This document shows positions 30,701 through 40,579 of a stretch of 60,692 nucleotides of DNA, piece after piece. Position numbers and translations under genes: made by a program. The notes under the pieces were generated by a model, which was not told the DNA's origin, did not search any database, and worked only from the letters and a program-made list of their open reading frames with translations. The DNA comes from a virus. Lineage: Duplodnaviria; Heunggongvirae; Uroviricota; Caudoviricetes. The first letter of the stretch is position 1, and every line of letters starts with the position of its first letter. Location of the stretch: the IMG/VR virus record IMGVR_UViG_3300029705_006930; one strand, written 5' to 3'.

Positions 30701-32615
30701 TAGTTATATCAAGAATAAATTTAATAAATTCTGAGCTTAAAACAGTATCAGATAGTTCTTGAACTGAGGCGGTAATCTGATTAATTTTACCTGTAATGGA
30801 GTCGAGATATTTTTCGTTTTCAGCCATAGCTGAACCCGCAGCATCAGCAGCTGACGTCACAGTTTCTTCTGCTAAACTGAAATTATTTAAAAGAGCAGAC
30901 AATACGTTAACTTGTCTTGCTCCACCAAGAGTATATAAGAGCGATTGACGACCTTGGTCATCAATCTTATCCCAGACCTGAGATAATTCTTTTAAAATTT
31001 GATATGTAGACTTATAGCCACCTGTGGCTTCATCCATAATATCAATCTGTTTACCAAAAGCACCTGTGATAGCAAGCACTTCATTTCGGTATTCAGCAGT
31101 TGTCTCAAAAGCATATGATGCGTCTTCACCTAATGCTTCGAGTTCTGTAGCGGTTTTCGTAATCCTAAGAGATAATGTTTTTAAGGCATTACCAACGACC
31201 TCTGGATTTTGAATTACACTGTTAGCTGCAACGATAAGCCCGATGGACTCATCAAGTGTATTATTTGTCTCTGCTAACCCAGCAGCAGAACGTGTTAATG
31301 CCTCACCAATTCCTTTAGAAGCGATAGGCATTTCATTACCAATTTTATTAAACTTATCAACAATAAGCATAGCATTTTCGGTTTCAATGCCAAAAGCTTT
31401 CATCGTTGATATAATACTTTGTGATGCTACTGAAATATCTTCAATACCATCACCAACATTTTTATAAACCAAAGCTGCAGTCGCCAAATCTTCAGCTTCA
31501 GACATATCGTAGCCTAAACGGGCAAAATCTGCTGTTGCGGTAACTGTATCAGCAATTGTGGTACCCAACTTTTGAGCTTTATCTGCCGCACGGTCAAGAA
31601 ATTTTTCATATGTCTGAGCTGTTTCATCAGTTACTTTCTTGAGTTCAGTCATCGCACCATCAATTGCAATGATATCTTGCACAGCTTGAATCGATAATTG
31701 TCTAAACGCATTGATGAGTGCCATTACAGCTGCGGTTTTAAAATGCTCATTAAATAGCTTTTTAAATTTATCACCCAAAGATACAGTTTCAAGACCTAAC
31801 CTTTGTGTTTCTTTACGTAATTCTGAATATTCTCTTTTTAATTCTGCAGAAGTATATCCATCAAGTTCGGCTTTTGACGATAAAGCATTCCATCGAGCAT
31901 ATAGATTTTGGTTTGTTGCAATTTTAGCATTCTGCTGCAAATATACCGCAGACATGCGAGATAAATTACTCTTTTCAGAATTTTGTCTCTCTAGATTTGT
32001 GATTGCTCGTACATATGTTTGGCGTCTGGACAATTCAGTATTAATTCTCTGAATATGTTCAAGCATGAGTTGAATTTCTGCTTCTGTCTTTGGCACCAAA
32101 TCAAAGTGTCCATTTTTTAAATTATTTGCAGTTTCTTGTAAAAGATAATATACTTCTTTTTCTGCATTATCTAAAGGCTGAAATAACTTCTTTGTTTCAT
32201 CTGAATATGCTGCAAATCTAAACAGTTGCGAATTTAATTTATTTTGAAGCTCTATTAAAGTAGGCTGTCGCGAACTGCCCTGTTTATCTTCACCCTCTGT
32301 TGTTTTTAACTTAATAGGAGTTCCTTCAAGTTGTGCTTTAAGTTTGCTGGCTACTGCTTGAGCTAAATTTGTAGCAAATGTTTTAATTGTTTCACTATTT
32401 TCTTCAGCAATACTGATATTAAGTTTAATGCCTTGATATTTCTCATTAAGCTCTTTTTCTAAATCTTTAGGAGGCTTGGCTTCTTTGTCGATTTCAGGGG
32501 TCACTTTAACAGCCACTTTTGTTTCTTTATATTTGTTGGTGACCGCAGTTTGAAAAATATCCTCTTTAGTCCCAGGTACTATATCAACCGGGACGGTTAA
32601 TCTCTCATCAGCCAT
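27735..32615 (-). CDS. Tail tape-measure protein
   Basis: 1626-aa helical protein with a TP901-like core (IDGAMTELKKV, VGNALKTLSLR) and a YHDGG...GEVPAILQ..EYVL C-terminal motif. Confidence 0.9.
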   Translation of the reverse strand: MADERLTVPVDIVPGTKEDIFQTAVTNKYKETKVAVKVTPEIDKEAKPPKDLEKELNEKYQGIKLNISIAEENSETIKTFATNLAQAVASKLKAQLEGTPIKLKTTEGEDKQGSSRQPTLIELQNKLNSQLFRFAAYSDETKKLFQPLDNAEKEVYYLLQETANNLKNGHFDLVPKTEAEIQLMLEHIQRINTELSRRQTYVRAITNLERQNSEKSNLSRMSAVYLQQNAKIATNQNLYARWNALSSKAELDGYTSAELKREYSELRKETQRLGLETVSLGDKFKKLFNEHFKTAAVMALINAFRQLSIQAVQDIIAIDGAMTELKKVTDETAQTYEKFLDRAADKAQKLGTTIADTVTATADFARLGYDMSEAEDLATAALVYKNVGDGIEDISVASQSIISTMKAFGIETENAMLIVDKFNKIGNEMPIASKGIGEALTRSAAGLAETNNTLDESIGLIVAANSVIQNPEVVGNALKTLSLRITKTATELEALGEDASYAFETTAEYRNEVLAITGAFGKQIDIMDEATGGYKSTYQILKELSQVWDKIDDQGRQSLLYTLGGARQVNVLSALLNNFSLAEETVTSAADAAGSAMAENEKYLDSITGKINQITASVQELSDTVLSSEFIKFILDITNGFIQATDAVAEFTGAIPLLTSVFMGFLAAHDKYLFNKNVDGKSYFSFFGLRDFIDPANKKAVTDELDAFLVHMQSIFNKNELENAKLPLAQQYVLSGNDFKDALEQYNGLSDANRKLVEAQLSTNASFKANQKAISVYNQSIKELTFAKKAAAVASGLLNSALQMGIGLLISVVINAGIRKFTDWMHTIDNIKTKIDELASELQDVNQELDELLDKQSKNGVTDAENARIAYLKDYIHLLETAEKIEKRRLVEADLYGSDGNPFKKNTYEELRNTYNYMPISDDNGTTQEVLGTKSLYLLYSNLRQAQNWQNEIKDGTNTEYTQSQFDKYSKYTRESYENAISELKTITDIKQQYEAALKLYDKEDDKTIYEFLEGEIATAAQVIEFAEQIYQEAFNSGIVPTDLQYNGDQSEIIYNQAQSWNLVKNYVSETKDGIKSTITEAKNLELILRDVSQIGFDKINEEIDNTRDSLSTIYKAAQEYSSKGVFTLETLQELTQLDQRYLDLLRDENGQIALNEEAIKQLTQARINELRIKAVQQGIDAIKSLTSEAAALEVVESAQADLNESTLALAKSQLKLYATTALNKAQEEGYLETMEQAIEIIWQRTDTLLQGVNALDMYGDAAEDAAKKQQDLLKAQGNAAIKALENRKKPLEDEIDLIDKKKEALQDELDALNEIYEAEDREFELQKLKDAYERAKANKTVRLYTHDKGWQWVADPSEVKEAEDAYHEYLREIEREDAKKAIEDQITALDDAKEAIQDQIEAIDDLKEKFQDTMDNIGKTLEEYQTEMALLAEFEGMTLEQMGAWHDDYAQRVIANFGAMEAAAKSYQVTANGLEADIPAADPSWAMPKPNVEEDDIGRTSRDNTLKIKLDFGGGSRQKPQIYHDGGLVKPQANVSNAFARYIDKLKLGEVPAILQQDEYVLTPNHQRAILDTHKGLINNLNHSKKNISLEIGDIIINNPVGNVSALSDAIIRQLPNQIMKDLYK

Positions 32616-32640
32616 AATTTCTCCTTTCTACTCCTATATA

Positions 32641-32672
32641 AAAAGGTGAGAGGATAAAACCTCTCACCATAT
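32641..32672 (-). terminator. Intrinsic terminator-like hairpin before the tape-measure gene
   Basis: ggtgagagg-ataaaa-cctctcacc, followed by a T tract on the minus strand. Confidence 0.65.
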
Positions 32673-32684
32673 AAAAGTGTTATA

Positions 32685-33176
32685 TTAAAATAATTTTTGT
32701 AATTCACTCACAAGTTTACCTTTATTAGCTTGCAAATTTTTTCTTGCATCTCCAATAAATGGTTTAGCATCACGATAATAATTTTCTCTATCATCAGGCC
32801 GTCCAGCCTTTATCCATACAAACACATCAAACCACGAGCCATTATTAATCCATTCCGAAAAAAGAGTATCACTATTGTTGTGTAATTGCTGACCAAAAAT
32901 TGAAGGTCTTGGTTTAGCTTTTGAATAAGCTCTAACACCATATGTTTTACCATTGATAAAAGTCTCAAAAGCAATCTGTTCATAAGATGTGATACTCTCT
33001 GATTTATCCCAACGGGTCGTATTACCACGTACATTTTTATGAATGGCATTAATCAATGCATCCTGAATTACTTTAGAAGATGCCGAATTTTTATTGGCCA
33101 TATCTGCCTGACAAATTTGTTGAACAGCCCTCATAAGCTCATCAAAATTCGCATACTGCTCGGCCATACAACTCAC
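32685..33176 (-). CDS. Hypothetical tail-completion/neck protein
   Basis: 163 aa with a KPF motif near the C-terminus, as in gp10-like neck proteins. Confidence 0.5.
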   Translation of the reverse strand: MSCMAEQYANFDELMRAVQQICQADMANKNSASSKVIQDALINAIHKNVRGNTTRWDKSESITSYEQIAFETFINGKTYGVRAYSKAKPRPSIFGQQLHNNSDTLFSEWINNGSWFDVFVWIKAGRPDDRENYYRDAKPFIGDARKNLQANKGKLVSELQKLF

Positions 33177-33730
33177 TACTCCTGTCTATACATACCTTTC
33201 AGAATATTGACCATCTCTTTTTTATCATTCATCTGATTTACTACCTGCAACAGTTTGAACAGCTCGCTGATATCTACTGCAGCAAATTCTTTGTCATATT
33301 TAGACAAAATACTTTCGAGATAATCAATAATACCTTCGAGTGGGTTTTTCTTGGTTTTAATTTCAATTTCCTCTTTTGTTGCCTGGAGCAAAGACTGGTA
33401 ATCCGCATAGTTAATGTTCTGCATCAAAAATTCATACAGTCCACTGCCACAAGCCAGATTAGCAGCTTCACGCTGACCTGTTGGCACAGTAACATTGGTG
33501 TAAGCTTTCAATGTTTCACAACGAACACCAAAGTCGTACATCAACGGCAAATATTCATCATTTTCATTTACGCACCAAGACATTACTTTGCCGATAAAGG
33601 AAATTTTTTCATTCATTGTCAAAAAAGGTTTATACTTAATCGTATAGCCCATATATTCCATATCACACTGAGGCGCATCTTTATAAAGTTCTTTAAGTTC
33701 ACCAACCAGTAATTTATTTTTCTTACTCAT
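33176..33730 (-). CDS. Putative tail assembly chaperone
   Basis: 184 aa, located between the tail-tube and tape-measure genes. Confidence 0.5.
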   Translation of the reverse strand: MSKKNKLLVGELKELYKDAPQCDMEYMGYTIKYKPFLTMNEKISFIGKVMSWCVNENDEYLPLMYDFGVRCETLKAYTNVTVPTGQREAANLACGSGLYEFLMQNINYADYQSLLQATKEEIEIKTKKNPLEGIIDYLESILSKYDKEFAAVDISELFKLLQVVNQMNDKKEMVNILKGMYRQE

Positions 33731-34307
33731 TTGTTTTTCTCCTTTTATTCACTTTTCTCTCTGCGTACTTTGAACAAACAAAGTCTTTAATTTCTTCCTG
33801 AATACGGCCTTCTTCTGCTTTATGTAAAATGGAACAGCTTCCACTTCTAAAGCGAGAACAAGATATGCATTTGTCTACAAATTTGTCATATATAAAAACA
33901 TCGTCAAAAATGCCAATATAGTCCACACAGCTGATTTCAATTTCGATTCGCGGATTTACAGTGTCATAATATATTCGGTTAACGCGGCTACACACCACAT
34001 TATCATCCTTCCAAATCAACTGACTGTCCGTAATAGCATCCAAAAGACATTTATCATAGTTTGGGGCATCCATATCAATACGAGGGAAATAAAATACCAT
34101 ATCAACATAATAGTGCGTATCATCAACAATATTTACAGACCAATTTTGTTTCTTAATTTCTTCTGCCACATATTTGGCAAACATAGCTTTATACAGTTTA
34201 GCTTCCGCTTTTGTATAAACACAAACTTTACCACCAAAACTTCGATAACCTAAATAATGGTTAACGCTTGGAGGAATAGGGGATATTAATTTTAATTTCA
34301 TAGTCAT
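33723..34307 (-). CDS. rusA: RusA-like Holliday junction resolvase with a C-terminal Cys cluster
   Basis: PPSVNHY, DAPNYDKCLLDAI...WKDDN and NPRIEI motifs. Confidence 0.8.
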   Translation of the reverse strand: MTMKLKLISPIPPSVNHYLGYRSFGGKVCVYTKAEAKLYKAMFAKYVAEEIKKQNWSVNIVDDTHYYVDMVFYFPRIDMDAPNYDKCLLDAITDSQLIWKDDNVVCSRVNRIYYDTVNPRIEIEISCVDYIGIFDDVFIYDKFVDKCISCSRFRSGSCSILHKAEEGRIQEEIKDFVCSKYAERKVNKRRKTNE

Positions 34308-34338
34308 AAAATAAGAGGCGGGGTAACCCCCGCCTGTA

Positions 34339-34545
34339 TTATTCTTCAGTTTTTACAACAGGTTCAACCTGTTTAACAACTTTTTTCACTTTTCTTGCAG
34401 CAATCTGTTTCTGCCATTTGTCATAACATTCAGGACTGCATACAATCTGTTTGTATGGATATTTTTCAACACCCACAGCACAACAGTAGTAGTCTTTCCC
34501 ACATACTTTGCACTTAAAATTTGGCTTTTTCATAAAAACCTCCAA
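34339..34545 (-). CDS. Small zinc-binding protein
   Basis: CKVCGKDYYCC...CSPEC. Confidence 0.6.
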   Translation of the reverse strand: MEVFMKKPNFKCKVCGKDYYCCAVGVEKYPYKQIVCSPECYDKWQKQIAARKVKKVVKQVEPVVKTEE

Positions 34546-35346
34546 TTATTCTACAATGTACCATTCCCAGAGACGTTTGCTGGAAGAGCATACGCTGGAG
34601 AGAGCTTCAGCAGAAAGTGCATGTACAGCTGGTTCATTACCGAATGTGATTGTAAAGTTACCATCAATTTTTGCATTAGGGAATACAAATTTTGTATGAT
34701 AAATAACATCAGGGTCACATACATCACGGCATGTTACGTCAAGCACAAGACGGCCAGATTTTGAGAATTCGTCCTGAGAGTTTTCATATTTAACACCGGT
34801 TACTGCATAACGGTCATAGAAAATAATGATTTCTGTGTCAGCAGTAAATTCATCAGCACCGAATGTAAGTTTTTTGTTTTCAGCATCTACTGTAAATACG
34901 CCAGTACCTGTAGCTGTACCAACAGTAAGTTTTCTGTCCTGTGCACCGTTTCTGAGTGTCCATACTTCTTTTACTTCTGCACCTTCTACACCTACTGGAA
35001 CATAAGAAAGTGTTGCAGATGTAGCTTTTGCAGCCATATTGATAATTTCGTAGTCTGGAACAAGCAGTGGAGCTTCTTCTGTAGCTTTAACTGCAGAACC
35101 ACCAATCTGTGCCAAGAGAGCACCACCTACGATATAACCGTTGTTGCAGCTAAATCTAGATGTTTTATTTCTGTCCAAAGCAGCAAGACGAACACCGTTT
35201 TTACCTGTGCCGTATACAACTTCAGAACCATTTTCAATGCTACCATCTTTAATCTGGTCAAGCATAAAGAGAAGCTCGCCTGTTGAAATGCCGAACAGAG
35301 TAGCCATATCAATGCTATCAACAACGAGTTTTTCAGCATTAATCAT
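34546..35346 (-). CDS. Major tail tube protein
   Basis: 266 aa, strong AGGAGG RBS, beta-rich, in the expected syntenic position. Confidence 0.65.
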   Translation of the reverse strand: MINAEKLVVDSIDMATLFGISTGELLFMLDQIKDGSIENGSEVVYGTGKNGVRLAALDRNKTSRFSCNNGYIVGGALLAQIGGSAVKATEEAPLLVPDYEIINMAAKATSATLSYVPVGVEGAEVKEVWTLRNGAQDRKLTVGTATGTGVFTVDAENKKLTFGADEFTADTEIIIFYDRYAVTGVKYENSQDEFSKSGRLVLDVTCRDVCDPDVIYHTKFVFPNAKIDGNFTITFGNEPAVHALSAEALSSVCSSSKRLWEWYIVE

Positions 35347-35376
35347 AGATTTTTCCTCCTATAAAATAATAAAAGG

Positions 35377-36108
35377 CTAAACGCTTCCGTTCAGCCAATG
35401 AATTTTGTCCATATTTATTTTTTTGCTATCCACAGTACCACCATAGATACCCTGCATAACATAATTAAAGTCTTTATTTTTTTGTATCTGTTTTACGCTC
35501 TGATAAAACTGATATATATTTAAAGACCACACCGAAGTGTAGTCATATTTAAATTCTGCCGTATTTACTAAGGCAACAATAAGAGGGAAGAAGCGGTCTT
35601 CCTTCTTTTCTTTTCGTTGATATTTTAGGCGACGCCGTTCTTTTTCAATAGTATATTTATATGTGTGTTCATTGCCCGGCTTATCGGCGCGACGAGCAAA
35701 GTTGTGAGTTTGACGCAATATGTCAACAACTCGCAGGTAAACGGCCTTGTCAAAAATTTTATCGTCGAGGGCCAAATAATATTCTCCTGTAACAGGATTG
35801 GGTTCTTCAGATAGTTCGAATTTTGTAATATCAAAGTCACCAAAGACCAAGCGTAACCCTTGCTTATCTCGTTCACTAAACTGCCTATATATCATTAAAA
35901 AGAATTCATAATCATCAATTTCACCATAGTTCATTCCTGCATCATGAAGTACTAACTTAAAATCAGATGGAGTACTACAGAATTGATAAACTGCATTGAG
36001 ATATTCTTCATCACCAAATGCCTTGATTTCCTGTAAAAGAGGTATCCTCAAGCTGATGAAATCATTGATACAATAACTCTCACCACATAAAAATTTCATC
36101 TTATACAT
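35377..36108 (-). CDS. Hypothetical tail-module protein
   Basis: 243-aa ORF in head-tail synteny. Confidence 0.55.
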   Translation of the reverse strand: MYKMKFLCGESYCINDFISLRIPLLQEIKAFGDEEYLNAVYQFCSTPSDFKLVLHDAGMNYGEIDDYEFFLMIYRQFSERDKQGLRLVFGDFDITKFELSEEPNPVTGEYYLALDDKIFDKAVYLRVVDILRQTHNFARRADKPGNEHTYKYTIEKERRRLKYQRKEKKEDRFFPLIVALVNTAEFKYDYTSVWSLNIYQFYQSVKQIQKNKDFNYVMQGIYGGTVDSKKINMDKIHWLNGSV

Positions 36109-36123
36109 TAAGCTACCTCGACA

Positions 36124-36633
36124 CTATCTGCGCTTTTGGTAACGATGGTTGCCATCTTCAATGCTATTACTTTTTAAAGCGTAAAATTTCAGATTACGAT
36201 AATAAAAATTGTAGTTTTCAAAAACACCTTCTTGCTCACCAGCAAGTTTCAAAGTCAAACCCATAGTATTATTCCAGTTGAAAACTTCGATAATGTCACC
36301 GCCCAAAATATCTGTACGCGTGCCTTTTTGTCCGGGCACACGTAAAGTTGGGAGTGCACATATAATTGAAAATATTACTTCAACACGTTTATACAAAGGG
36401 TTATCTGCAATATCAACAGTATCAACTTTTACACCTATAAAATTGCCAACCTTTTCTTGTATACCTGGCAATTTAATATATGGAAATATACATGTCCACT
36501 CAGCAGTATCTGGTTCTTCTGGATTCATATCAGGACAATCCAAAACCTCAATAATGTCTGTATTGGTGTATAACTTTTTAATGATTTCATCTTTAAACTT
36601 TGTGATTTCAGCCAGTTTATTTGCATCTCTCAT
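36124..36633 (-). CDS. Putative tail terminator/completion protein
   Basis: 169 aa with an IFPY motif; synteny. Confidence 0.5.
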   Translation of the reverse strand: MRDANKLAEITKFKDEIIKKLYTNTDIIEVLDCPDMNPEEPDTAEWTCIFPYIKLPGIQEKVGNFIGVKVDTVDIADNPLYKRVEVIFSIICALPTLRVPGQKGTRTDILGGDIIEVFNWNNTMGLTLKLAGEQEGVFENYNFYYRNLKFYALKSNSIEDGNHRYQKRR

Positions 36634-37610
36634 TAATTAGTCACCTCTACTTCCACTTCAGCTTTAGATTTGCCGGACTCATCGGAAAATTCCAGAATGA
36701 TAGTTTTACCCGCAAGACGCATATCATTTTCAGCAGTTAATAATAATTTATTACCTTCAACAGAATATGTAATGCCTGTTAGTTCTCCGATATCATAAGA
36801 AACTTTCCAAATGCCAATAACATCTGAATTAACAAATTTGCCAACAAATGCTTTTGTAGAGCCACCAACTCTTATGACAGGAGAACCATAGTAACTGATT
36901 TCAGCAACACTAAACACATCAGTGGTTTCTGCACCAGGTTCAACATAGTCACATATTTCTAATTCTTTATTGTCTGTTTCTGGATTATATAAGTCCTGTT
37001 CTAGGTTTAAAATAATAAATCCTGCAATTTCACCGTCACGGTCATAACGCTGTGTCATACTATCAACAGAAACAACACGGTAGGTTTTTGGTTCGTCGCC
37101 AATAATTTCCATCATAAAGCGTTTGCCGATATCAATCAGTTCACTTTCTTTTGTAAATGGTATCTGCACGCGGAATTCACGTGTAGACATTTCCATCTTC
37201 TGTGTTGTTGATAAGTTGGAATAATATGGTTTTTCAACAGTTGCCCACAATGAAAATACTTTTTTTGAAACAGGGTTTTGCCAAGTAATCTGACGGTTAC
37301 ACTGCTGCATATAGCCACGGGTGATAATATCATTATCCAAGTCACGCTGTGTTATCAGCCAGTGTGACCCATTCCAAAATACAATTTGTCCAACATCAAA
37401 ATCTTCGTCAGGCATTGCATAAATAGTTTTTGCAGTAATCTGCTGTGTATTTACAATCAGCAGATTGCGTGGAACATCATCAATCTCTACCTTTTTAAAA
37501 TTAGGGGAATGTTCTGCAAATTGATGTATCTGATATTTTTCCATATTGATATATTGCTCATGTGGATTCGCACCAAAAGCAGAAATACGTTTACGATATC
37601 GTGAAAGCAT
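36633..37610 (-). CDS. Putative head-closure/adaptor protein
   Basis: 325 aa with GQIVFWNGSHWLI...CN..ITW; synteny. Confidence 0.55.
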   Translation of the reverse strand: MLSRYRKRISAFGANPHEQYINMEKYQIHQFAEHSPNFKKVEIDDVPRNLLIVNTQQITAKTIYAMPDEDFDVGQIVFWNGSHWLITQRDLDNDIITRGYMQQCNRQITWQNPVSKKVFSLWATVEKPYYSNLSTTQKMEMSTREFRVQIPFTKESELIDIGKRFMMEIIGDEPKTYRVVSVDSMTQRYDRDGEIAGFIILNLEQDLYNPETDNKELEICDYVEPGAETTDVFSVAEISYYGSPVIRVGGSTKAFVGKFVNSDVIGIWKVSYDIGELTGITYSVEGNKLLLTAENDMRLAGKTIILEFSDESGKSKAEVEVEVTN

Positions 37611-37612
37611 AC

Positions 37613-37915
37613 TTATACCTCCTCAATATCTTCTTTAATATCTTCAATCCAAATTCTATCAAGGAGGTCATGACATCTTAATATCTGTTTCCATAAAACG
37701 TCATGATTACATTCATTTTCTACAAAGAAATTTACAATATTTAAAATATCAATATAACTTCGTTCCGTTTTTAATTTTGGGAAAGTTACAATTGCTCCTT
37801 TGATTTCTATTGCAAGATTTTTTGCATAAATAGGGAAACTTGCGGGAGTTTCTTCATATATATATAGCATTTTATGAATTTTACCATGAAGGATTTCAAT
37901 ATATTTTTCTATCAT
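37613..37915 (-). CDS. Hypothetical protein
   Basis: 100-aa ORF coupled to the upstream gene by an ATGA overlap. Confidence 0.6.
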   Translation of the reverse strand: MIEKYIEILHGKIHKMLYIYEETPASFPIYAKNLAIEIKGAIVTFPKLKTERSYIDILNIVNFFVENECNHDVLWKQILRCHDLLDRIWIEDIKEDIEEV

Positions 37916-38346
37916 AAACTCAAATCCCCCAAGTCTGCATGATTATATGAATAATCATTTATTGCATTTTTAAAAGCATCAACAGCATCATTATAAAGTC
38001 CACGTTTTTGTGACATAATTTGCTGTGGTGCAAAAAATGTCGCATCTTTAAGATTCATAAGATTATGCATTGCGTCTGCTTTATAAAGTTGTGGCTTCAG
38101 CCACTCTACGACCATGCCTTTAACAATAATCTTGATAACTTCATCATCCAAGTCATTGTTAAAATGAAACAGAATATCATCACGGTCTGAAAGGTCGATG
38201 AGACAAACCCTGTCAAATTCTGCACAAGCAGCCCTCATATAGCCATAAGCGTTGTTGACAATTTCTTGGTCAGAATAATTCAGCATTTTGTAGTCATCGA
38301 TTTCGTCAAGAAAAGACTCAACTACGGTCAGGTAAGAGGTTGCCAT
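37912..38346 (-). CDS. Putative head-tail adaptor
   Basis: 144-aa helical protein, two genes after the capsid gene. Confidence 0.55.
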   Translation of the reverse strand: MATSYLTVVESFLDEIDDYKMLNYSDQEIVNNAYGYMRAACAEFDRVCLIDLSDRDDILFHFNNDLDDEVIKIIVKGMVVEWLKPQLYKADAMHNLMNLKDATFFAPQQIMSQKRGLYNDAVDAFKNAINDYSYNHADLGDLSL

Positions 38347-38360
38347 TATTGCCTCCTTAA

Positions 38361-39005
38361 TTAAGCCTGAAACAAGTCATAGCCAATAGCTTTACCAAGT
38401 TCACGAACCACAATGATGTCTCTAAGGTCTCCGTCTTCAATCATACGTTTTGCTGCAATTGCAAGTGCTGTTTTTGCTTCTTCTGGCATAGCTTCAACCT
38501 GTGCGACAATATCTTCAAGTTTCTGTTTAAACAGTTCATCAAGATTTGTCAGGTCAACAAAGTTTTCAAAATATTCTTCGACGCGCAAATATTTAATAAC
38601 ATCTGCAGCATTGTCACTTACAAATTTAATCCATTTATTTTTGAAGAATCCACGCTGAGTATTTCTCATTGTAGTCAGTTCTTCAACAGTCATAGGATTT
38701 GTCATACCCAAAGAAGGCCAATCAATTGTCTCATTTGTTTTCTTTGATGTATAAGTCAGCAAACCGGCAAAGTTACTCTGAACAGTCACAATTGTGTCAG
38801 GAGTGATTTTTTCAGCAGCTTTCATATCAGCAAACTGTTTAAGAATTGCAGCAATTTCTGCTTCAGAAAAACCAAAAGTGTTTACAGGTGCCGCAGGAGT
38901 TTCCATAACTTCCTGTACAATTTCTTCTACAGTTTCTTTTGGAGCTGTTTTCTTTGTGGTTGTTTTAGTTTTTTTTGTTTCAGATTTTGGGTTTGTATTA
39001 CTCAT
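38361..39005 (-). CDS. Hypothetical head-module protein
   Basis: 214 aa with an AAGGAG RBS, following the major capsid gene. Confidence 0.6.
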   Translation of the reverse strand: MSNTNPKSETKKTKTTTKKTAPKETVEEIVQEVMETPAAPVNTFGFSEAEIAAILKQFADMKAAEKITPDTIVTVQSNFAGLLTYTSKKTNETIDWPSLGMTNPMTVEELTTMRNTQRGFFKNKWIKFVSDNAADVIKYLRVEEYFENFVDLTNLDELFKQKLEDIVAQVEAMPEEAKTALAIAAKRMIEDGDLRDIIVVRELGKAIGYDLFQA

Positions 39006-39030
39006 TTTATCTCCTTTTATTTCCTACAAG

Positions 39031-39054
39031 AAAAGAGGGGATATACCCCTCTTT
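39031..39054 (-). terminator. Intrinsic terminator after the major capsid gene
   Basis: aaagagggg-atata-cccctcttt. Confidence 0.75.
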
Positions 39055-39070
39055 GTCTTAATTATCTTTA

Positions 39071-40057
39071 TTATTCAAATGTGTACATACCAAGCACAGA
39101 AGAAAGAACTACCATACAGCCGTATCTTTCAATGTATGTATATTCCTGAGAAAGGTCAGAATTTTCCATAGAACTCTTTTCGATGATGATTGGGTCACCT
39201 TCGTTAACGAATTTAATGAACTGGTCATCAGCTGCTACAACCCAAACTTTGTTGTCAGGGAGCATAAATTCTGTTGTACCTGCACGGTGAAGGTTTCTTA
39301 CAGATGTCATTTCGATGCCTTTAAGTCTGCCGTAGTGGCCGATGTTGTAAAGGTCAGATTTAGCTTCGTCAGAAACATCAGCTGTAGAAATTTTTCTAAG
39401 AGCAGATTTAGTACCGATAATTCTTGCTGGTTTGCCTGTTGCAGCTTCAACATGTTCAGCAAGTGTGATGAGTTTTTCTTCATCATAAGAACCAGCAATT
39501 ACATATGTGTCACTGAGAAGATTTGTTGCTTTGTTAATGCCAGAGAAAGCTGTGTAGATTTTTTCATATCTTGCTTTCATAACAGCCTGAGCAACTTTAT
39601 CCACAAATGTGTTCCAAGAAACACGACCAGCAAGGAGACGGTCAAGTTCTTCATAGATTCTGATGCCGAATGTTTTTACTGGTACAGCAACTGTGGATTT
39701 TTCACCAATTCTCTGTCTACGAGGTGTGCCGATACCACGTGCCATTTCAGCAACGAAGAGTTCAGAACCACCTTCAACTTCAAATTCGTTGAGGTCGCCA
39801 TCTTTCATATTGATATATTCAACACGGTCGTTCCAGAATTCATTACCGGAAAGGCCTTCTTCAACAACCTGGTTGATAGCTCTTGTAACAACTCTGAACA
39901 AGAGTTTGTTATCATATCTTGGGTCAATTTTGTCAGAACCGCCGTTGAGTTCGATAAGTTTATTGCGGAGTTCTGTTTCAGCATCTTTGCCGTTTGTAAA
40001 TTCTGTCTGTACTCTGTTGTAGTAAACATCAAGACCAAGTCTTACAATATTTTCCAT
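39071..40057 (-). CDS. Major capsid protein
   Basis: 328 aa with codon usage typical of highly expressed genes, after the portal/protease/decoration genes as in SPbeta-like phages. Confidence 0.8.
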   Translation of the reverse strand: MENIVRLGLDVYYNRVQTEFTNGKDAETELRNKLIELNGGSDKIDPRYDNKLLFRVVTRAINQVVEEGLSGNEFWNDRVEYINMKDGDLNEFEVEGGSELFVAEMARGIGTPRRQRIGEKSTVAVPVKTFGIRIYEELDRLLAGRVSWNTFVDKVAQAVMKARYEKIYTAFSGINKATNLLSDTYVIAGSYDEEKLITLAEHVEAATGKPARIIGTKSALRKISTADVSDEAKSDLYNIGHYGRLKGIEMTSVRNLHRAGTTEFMLPDNKVWVVAADDQFIKFVNEGDPIIIEKSSMENSDLSQEYTYIERYGCMVVLSSVLGMYTFE

Positions 40058-40082
40058 ATTTTAATCCTCCTGTATTTTGTAA

Positions 40083-40568
40083 TTAAGCAACTTTGATTAC
40101 GTAGTATGTAAGAGAACCTACAACTTCTACGTCAATGCAAGTGCCAAGTGCGAGTGTGCCGTCTGCAACGATTTTGCCGTCTGTTACGCCCATTGCAGCA
40201 CCTTTTGTTGGGAGAGATTCACCAAAGTATTCTGCAGTAAGAGAGAATACGTCATTTTCACAGAAACGATAAACACGAAGTGTTGCTTCTGCGTCATTTA
40301 CAAAGTCTGTAAGCTGAGATTTGCTTTCTTCATACATAACTTCTGGGCAAGCAACGAGATACATTGGTTTACCTTCTTCGGAAGCAAGTGTTGCTTCAAA
40401 AATTTCTCTTTCGCCAGCTTTAAGGCCGCCGAGCTGTACAACAGTACCATTAACAATTGGTTCTTTAGCGCCTACAAGCACAGCGCTATTAAGTTTTGTG
40501 CCGTCGTGTGTGCCCTGCATATTGTCAAGGCGAACAACTGGATATTTAGCCATATTAGTTTCCTCCAA
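40083..40568 (-). CDS. Head decoration/cement protein
   Basis: 161-aa ORF between the scaffold and capsid genes. Confidence 0.6.
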   Translation of the reverse strand: MEETNMAKYPVVRLDNMQGTHDGTKLNSAVLVGAKEPIVNGTVVQLGGLKAGEREIFEATLASEEGKPMYLVACPEVMYEESKSQLTDFVNDAEATLRVYRFCENDVFSLTAEYFGESLPTKGAAMGVTDGKIVADGTLALGTCIDVEVVGSLTYYVIKVA

Positions 40569-40579
40569 TAATTTTTAAA

